From assembly GCA_965214935.1 (NCBI GenBank), contig CBDCCS010000010.1, positions 234,105 through 298,104 on the forward strand: 64,000 nt of DNA. The letters run 5' to 3'. The translations under genes and the position numbers were made by a program. This document shows, in pieces, positions 58,788 to 64,000 of this stretch (the first letter of the stretch is position 1; every line of letters starts with the position of its first letter). Below the pieces are notes generated by a model, which was not told the origin of the DNA, ran no database searches, and saw only the letters and a list, made by a program, of their open reading frames with translations. This DNA comes from Candidatus Velthaea sp. (GTDB lineage Bacteria; Vulcanimicrobiota; Vulcanimicrobiia; Vulcanimicrobiales; Vulcanimicrobiaceae).

Positions 58788-59389
58788 TCCTCGCAGCGAG
58801 CATCGGCTCGACGTACGCCGCGCTATTATGGCTGACGGCCGAATACATTGCCCGAATCCGCGCTTTGATCCTCGGCACGTCGCCGGCGGTAGCGATCGTC
58901 TTCTGCGGCGTTAGCGCAGCGCTCGTCGAGCAGCGGTATCCAGTTTTGATAGCCGCGCTTTACACTGCAACGCTCGTCGGGACCATCATTTGCGCCGTTG
59001 TGGATGCGCGGACGGGCTTCATCTTCGACGTCCTGACGGGGCTGATGTTTTGCGTAGCGGTAATCCTGTCCGTGGGCGCGGGACGAGCCGGCCAGAGCGC
59101 GATCGGCGCGCTCGTCGTCGGCGGAGCGATGTTTGCGCTGTACCTTGTGACCGGCCGCCGCGGCTTCGGTCTCGGCGATGTAAAGTTAGCCGTCGTCCTT
59201 GGTTTGGGCTTCGGTCTCGAACGTGGCGCCGTCGCCGTGGGCTGTGCGTTCATTCTCGGCGCGATATATGGCATCGGGCTACTTGCATTACGACGAGCGC
59301 GACGAGCTGATGCCGTACGTTTCGGTCCGTTCCTCGCCGGCGGAGCAACGTTGGCCTTAGCGTTCGACGCGCTGCGGTTCGGCTCGTGA
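58784..59389 (+). CDS. pilD: Prepilin peptidase (A24 domain only)
   Basis: VVDAR, GFGLGDVKL and FGPFLA; no N-terminal tetracysteine domain. Confidence 0.85.
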   Translation: MILAASIGSTYAALLWLTAEYIARIRALILGTSPAVAIVFCGVSAALVEQRYPVLIAALYTATLVGTIICAVVDARTGFIFDVLTGLMFCVAVILSVGAGRAGQSAIGALVVGGAMFALYLVTGRRGFGLGDVKLAVVLGLGFGLERGAVAVGCAFILGAIYGIGLLALRRARRADAVRFGPFLAGGATLALAFDALRFGS

Positions 59390-60333
59390 GCGGCTCGCGC
59401 GCGAAGCGGACCTTTCCGCTGGGCATCGATGTCGGTGAAACAAGCATCCGCGTCGCACTGACGCAACAGCAATCGGACGGTACGCCCGATCTTATTGCGG
59501 TCGCAACTCGGGCCCGCGCGGGCAGCGGTGACCTGGCTTCGACGATCGCCGATGCGGTCGACGAATTAAAGACGCACGAAAAGCGATGCGTGTTTGCCGC
59601 GGCTGCACCAGCCGCGATCCTACGCTCACTGCGCTTTCCGCTGATGCGCAGAACGGAGCTCGAACGTGCCGCACGCTTCGAGGCGAGCCGTCTTATCGAC
59701 TATCCGATCGATGAAGCGCATGTATCCGTGCATCCACTTCGTGCCGGCGAAACCGCCGTCGGCGTTATTCGTAAAGCCGGCATGGCCGATCTGCGTTCGC
59801 TCGCTGCAGGCGCAAAGCTTCGGCTTACCGCTATCGATAACCACTCGTTCGGACTACGTCGCGCATTGCTGCAAACGGACGCCATTCTCGACATCGGCAC
59901 GAACGCTTCGCACTTGTCGATCTATAGTGAAGGCGTCCCGCGCATGCAGCGCATTGCCATCGGTGGACACGATTTCACTCAGGCCATCGCACGCGCTTTG
60001 GGTACCGATACGGCAACGGCCGAACGGCGAAAGCTGGGTCACGGCATCGCCGGCGGCGGAGAGGACGTGCGCGGACGTCTGACCGACGCAGTTGCGAACG
60101 CACTCATCGACTGTCGTTCGAGCGGTTATCACGACGTGCGACGGCTAACAATCGTCGGTAATAGTGCTCGTATCAGCGGTCTCGATCGGACAATTCAAGA
60201 GGCAACCGCCGTCGACGTGCACGTCGCAAGCCTGTCTGCGACTGTTTCGAGCACGCTTCCGCCCGATGTGCTTCGTGCGGCGGCACCCGATTGGTGTCTT
60301 GCCTACGGTCTGGCGCTTTGGGCCGCGGCATGA
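59386..60333 (+). CDS. pilM: PilM-like actin-fold protein
   Basis: LGIDVG, ILDIG, IGGHDFT and LAYGLAL. Confidence 0.85.
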   Translation: MSGSRAKRTFPLGIDVGETSIRVALTQQQSDGTPDLIAVATRARAGSGDLASTIADAVDELKTHEKRCVFAAAAPAAILRSLRFPLMRRTELERAARFEASRLIDYPIDEAHVSVHPLRAGETAVGVIRKAGMADLRSLAAGAKLRLTAIDNHSFGLRRALLQTDAILDIGTNASHLSIYSEGVPRMQRIAIGGHDFTQAIARALGTDTATAERRKLGHGIAGGGEDVRGRLTDAVANALIDCRSSGYHDVRRLTIVGNSARISGLDRTIQEATAVDVHVASLSATVSSTLPPDVLRAAAPDWCLAYGLALWAAA

Positions 60334-60887
60334 AGCGCTTTAATTACCTCGGCAGCCGCACGTTCGCAACGAGACGCCGCCTTCACGCTAGGCTTGCCGT
60401 CGACGATCGAATTCGCGGTCCGCTTAGCGCGCTCGCAGCGACCGTCGCGTTGACCGCAACGATCGCTGCAATACAACTTGCACGCCTGCATGCAGCGCAA
60501 GACGCCTATGCGGTCTGCGCAAGGCGGCTTGCCGTAAGCGAACGCAACGTCGCATCGATTCGGACATTGCAACGGCACGTGGACGTCGAGGCGCGACTGG
60601 CACGGCGGCTGAACGATCTACGTAGCGAGAGTCTGAACAATGTCGCGCGGATAGCGTGGGTCGGCAATCACCTTCCGCACGACACGTGGCTGCGCTCGCT
60701 GCGCTACGAAAACGGCACGTATTCGCTCGACGGTACGGCCGCTCGAATGGCCGCCGTCGGCAACGCTATGCTCGCTTTGCATGTCGACGACCGTACCGGT
60801 ATGCCACAGCTCGTTTCGATACGCGACGATCGCAACGACGCCACCGCTCGCATTGAGTATACGCTACGCTTGGAGCAAGCGCCGTGA
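60330..60887 (+). CDS. pilN: PilN-like protein
   Basis: FNYL (INLL-like) motif, TM segment, coiled coil and LPHDTWLRSL. Confidence 0.75.
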   Translation: MKRFNYLGSRTFATRRRLHARLAVDDRIRGPLSALAATVALTATIAAIQLARLHAAQDAYAVCARRLAVSERNVASIRTLQRHVDVEARLARRLNDLRSESLNNVARIAWVGNHLPHDTWLRSLRYENGTYSLDGTAARMAAVGNAMLALHVDDRTGMPQLVSIRDDRNDATARIEYTLRLEQAP

Positions 60888-61540
60888 AGAGCCGCACGCC
60901 CAACGCGCGCATCAACGACCGCAACTTCCTTTGGCTGGTATGTATCGTCGCGCTATGCGCCGGCTTCTACGTTGCGTGCATTCGATTTGAAATGCGCATT
61001 GCTGCGACCAAGAGCGACGAACGTCAGTCGGTCGCAAGCGTTGCCGCCGATGCGCGCATTGTCGCGCAACGTCCGCAGCTCGAGCGCGTAGCCTTCGAGC
61101 TCGACCAGCAGTTGCAGAAGGTGTACCTGCGTGCCGATCATCCGACGATCGTCGCGCATTTAATCACGGCTTGCGCGCGCATCGCGCTTCTGCACCATAC
61201 TCGAGTCGTTCAGATCGACGAACGTCGGGCGGATCCCGCTCTTTTGCCGCCGGCAACACTCGCCCCCGACGACGTTGACCTTGAAAAGATACCGATCGAC
61301 ATTACGTTGAGCGGCTCATACCGGGATCTGTTGCTTGCAATCCGCGACTTCATTGAAGCGCCAGTTGCGACGAGCGTCGACGTCGCGGCGATCGAACGCG
61401 GTACGTTTAACGATGCAAACACACTGCAGCCCGCCCTCGTCGCGCATCTACACGTGACGCTCGTGCGCCTTCTCTCCCATACAATCACGCTGCCGGTTGA
61501 CGCCGCACCTTCGGAGATGCTTCATGCTCGATCCTTATAG
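60884..61540 (+). CDS. pilO: PilO-like protein
   Basis: TM segment, coiled coil and IPIDITLSGSY; gene position. Confidence 0.7.
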   Translation: MKSRTPNARINDRNFLWLVCIVALCAGFYVACIRFEMRIAATKSDERQSVASVAADARIVAQRPQLERVAFELDQQLQKVYLRADHPTIVAHLITACARIALLHHTRVVQIDERRADPALLPPATLAPDDVDLEKIPIDITLSGSYRDLLLAIRDFIEAPVATSVDVAAIERGTFNDANTLQPALVAHLHVTLVRLLSHTITLPVDAAPSEMLHARSL

Positions 61541-62030
61541 CCGCGGTGTATTATGCGCATTGTCGGCACTCTGCATCCTAGGGGTGGTTACGCTCTCGCC
61601 GCTACGCGCCCGCAGTTCGGACGAACACCGCGACATCGCGCAAACGCCGAGCCGTGTAGCGCCGCTAAGCGTTGCTTCCGCGATCGACATCGTACGCGAT
61701 CCGTTCGCCGATCGGCCGGCCGTGATCGTGCAGCGCGAACGTCCGGCCGAGGTACGTTCGCTGCAGTTCGCTACCCAAGTGTTGCCGGCCAATCTTTCGA
61801 CTACTACCATTCCAGCGCTGCCGCAAGGTGCGCAGCGTCAGACGGTGCGCGTAACGGCCGTCGTTACCGGCAGTCATCCATACGCGATGCTCGACACGGC
61901 GGGTGAGCATCAAATCAAAGGCCTCGGTGACCGCGTCGACGGCCGGCCGATCGTTAAAATCGACCTCGACGGTGTTACGCTGGAAGGCGGCGAGCGCCTG
62001 AGCGTCGGGACGGGAGACGCCGCGCGGTGA
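61524..62030 (+). CDS. PilP/GspC-like protein
   Basis: RDPF motif and C-terminal beta domain (IKGLGDRVDGRPIVKI); lies between pilO and the secretin. Confidence 0.6.
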   Translation: MLDPYSRGVLCALSALCILGVVTLSPLRARSSDEHRDIAQTPSRVAPLSVASAIDIVRDPFADRPAVIVQRERPAEVRSLQFATQVLPANLSTTTIPALPQGAQRQTVRVTAVVTGSHPYAMLDTAGEHQIKGLGDRVDGRPIVKIDLDGVTLEGGERLSVGTGDAAR

Positions 62031-63382
62031 GACGGTATTTGGCCGCGCTGATGTGCGCATCGCTGCTTATAAGCGCTCCGGTAAGGGCCGAGTCGCCGCG
62101 TCTGTCCATGGATGCGCGCGACATCGACTTGGGCGACGTCGTTCGGCTGCTTGCCGTACAGTCGGGCACAAATCTCATTGCGGACGGCTCGATCAAACCA
62201 ACGCGCGTTACGCTCCGCCTGCGCGACGTAACGTTCGACGAAGCGCTATCGACGCTGACGCAAGCCTACGGCTTACAGGCCCATCGCGACGGCCGCATCA
62301 TTATCGTCGGCGATGCGGCGGCGATGAATCGCCGCTACCCCGATGAATCACTCGCGTCGGGAACGCGGACGGCCGTTTTTCCGCTCGGTCATGCCAAACC
62401 CGACGAAATCAAGGCCTCGATGATCGACGCGCTTCCGGCCGGAACGGTCGTCGTTGCGGACAAGCGCACCGGCGCGATCATCGTCAGTGGGAACGCGACG
62501 ACGATCGAACGCGCGCGCCGGCTTATCGTTGCACTCGATGCTCCGTCATATGGAAACGGCGGCTCGACGTTGTCCAAGGCATTTCATTTGAAGAACGTTC
62601 GGGCCAGCGACGCGCTTAAATCACTCAAGGGCTCGATACCCGACAACGTTCTCGTTGCCGACGACCGGCAAAATGTCGTCATCGTTACGGGGAATGATGA
62701 AGTGCAGACGACGGCCCGTGCACTGCTGGAAAGTATCGACAGTCCCGGTAAGCAAGTGATGTTCGAGGTCCGCGTTGCGGACGTCGCGCCGCAGATCGAT
62801 TCGAGCAACGTCGGCATCCAGGTCGGCGGATCGGGATACGGCTCGGGCGCGCTCGCGCAAATACCGTATCTGCTCACGCGCAGCTCGCTTGTGATCAACG
62901 CCCAGTTAAACGCTCTAGTGCAGAACGGTCACGCTTCGATTCTCGCGCAACCGCGCATCGCAACGCTGAACAATAAAGAGGCGACGTTACTCGTCGGAGA
63001 AACGTATCCGGTCGTCACGACCAACTTGCAGACCGGTTATCCGACGGTCACCAACGTTGACATCGGCGTGAAATTACGCCTGACCCCGACGATCGGCGAC
63101 GACGGATCGATCACGGCCGAACTCCATCCGGAATACAGCCAGATCATGGGCTTCAACAACGCCTTCCCGATCGTTGCAAATCGCAAAGTCGACTCAACGC
63201 TACGCGTTCAAGACGGACAGACGATCGTGCTGGGTGGACTTTTTTCCGACATTGACTCCGACACCGTAACGAAGCTACCGTTTCTCGGCGACATCCCCGT
63301 GCTCGGCAGCGTCTTTCGCAACCGCCAGCACTCGCACACCCGTGATGAAGTCGTTTTCTATATAACGCCGCACATTCTCTGA
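62027..63382 (+). CDS. pilQ: Secretin (PilQ/GspD)
   Basis: Signal peptide, N0 and N3-like repeats, AQPRIATLNN, VGVK-like IGVKLRLTP, GQTIVLGGL and KLPFLGDIPVLG. Confidence 0.92.
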   Translation: MRRYLAALMCASLLISAPVRAESPRLSMDARDIDLGDVVRLLAVQSGTNLIADGSIKPTRVTLRLRDVTFDEALSTLTQAYGLQAHRDGRIIIVGDAAAMNRRYPDESLASGTRTAVFPLGHAKPDEIKASMIDALPAGTVVVADKRTGAIIVSGNATTIERARRLIVALDAPSYGNGGSTLSKAFHLKNVRASDALKSLKGSIPDNVLVADDRQNVVIVTGNDEVQTTARALLESIDSPGKQVMFEVRVADVAPQIDSSNVGIQVGGSGYGSGALAQIPYLLTRSSLVINAQLNALVQNGHASILAQPRIATLNNKEATLLVGETYPVVTTNLQTGYPTVTNVDIGVKLRLTPTIGDDGSITAELHPEYSQIMGFNNAFPIVANRKVDSTLRVQDGQTIVLGGLFSDIDSDTVTKLPFLGDIPVLGSVFRNRQHSHTRDEVVFYITPHIL

Positions 63383-63541
63383 TAAACGAAGACAGCGGCC
63401 GGCCGTAGGATCGACTCGCGGCGGTCGTCGGCAGCGGCCGGCTGTCATTTCCCATCAGCATGCCGACCTGCGGTTCACCAAGACGAACCTCGATAAAGAT
63501 TTGCCTGCATGTGCGTGCGCGGACCATAGTCGTCACCATCG

Positions 63542-63853
63542 CTATTGCCCGTTCCGCGTATCGCGATCGCCGCCGGCGTCAGCCTCGGCCCGGCAAACAT
63601 AAGCGCCTTGGCGCGTGCGTCCGTACCAGCGCATCCCCTTTTCGTGGTAGATGCCACTGTTTGTGTTCAGCCATACGACGCTGTCCTTCGGGCAGTGTCG
63701 TTGCGCGGCGGCTTCGGTTTGGAATTCGGCTAAAGCGCCGGCGACGATTGTCGTTTTTGGGGCTCGCTGGCTCGCAGCCGGCGCCGGAGCGACCAGCAGT
63801 AATAACGCCGAGAACGTTAAGACGACAAACCGGTAGATCACCGCATCGAGCAT
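63542..63853 (-). CDS. Small secreted hypothetical protein
   Basis: Signal peptide; AQRHCPKDSVVWLNTNSGIYH...WYG...GAYVC. Confidence 0.7.
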   Translation of the reverse strand: MLDAVIYRFVVLTFSALLLLVAPAPAASQRAPKTTIVAGALAEFQTEAAAQRHCPKDSVVWLNTNSGIYHEKGMRWYGRTRQGAYVCRAEADAGGDRDTRNGQ

Positions 63854-64000
63854 GTCGCTCTGTGCCGCGAATACCTTTGCGATCGTCCTGCACTCCGGCA
63901 CGTGCGCCCTGCCGGTGCCTTGAAGCGGCCCGCCGAATCCGAGCGACCACCGCCAAGTGGAGCGAACAATTGTTACCAAAACGAACGACGACGACTTCTA

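Noticed and set aside
1..64000. CRISPR arrays, IS elements, prophage or defence genes
   Set aside because: No regularly spaced repeats, transposase, integrase or phage motifs seen by eye.

Overview
High-GC bacterial chromosomal window with no integrase, transposase or CRISPR array. The secretin, two TonB-dependent-receptor-like genes and Terrabacteria-type genes (DUF4446, SigB/F-type sigma) suggest a diderm such as Eremiobacterota/Vulcanimicrobiota (inference). Core content: tRNA-Arg(TCT), tRNA-Pro(TGG), tRNA-Ser(GGA), SRP RNA, lepA, rdgB, yggT, icd, ppa, pckA, deoC and cobC/cobT/cobS. Most notable loci: (1) a tightly coupled 13-gene type IV pilus operon with a SigB/SigF-family sigma factor, a CcdA/DsbD-like redox protein and a TPR protein inserted around a four-cysteine pilin; (2) a FadR-regulated catabolic operon placing the uncharacterised Tm-1-like (UPF0261) + TIM-barrel + cupin module with a hydrolase, an FAH-family enzyme and a complete ABC importer; (3) a PUL-like locus of receptor + lipoprotein + orphan binding proteins + enzymes; (4) an apparently split ALDH16 whose halves lie ~30 kb apart; (5) three genes that appear to need non-canonical start codons. 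All family calls come from motif recognition by eye; no searches were run.
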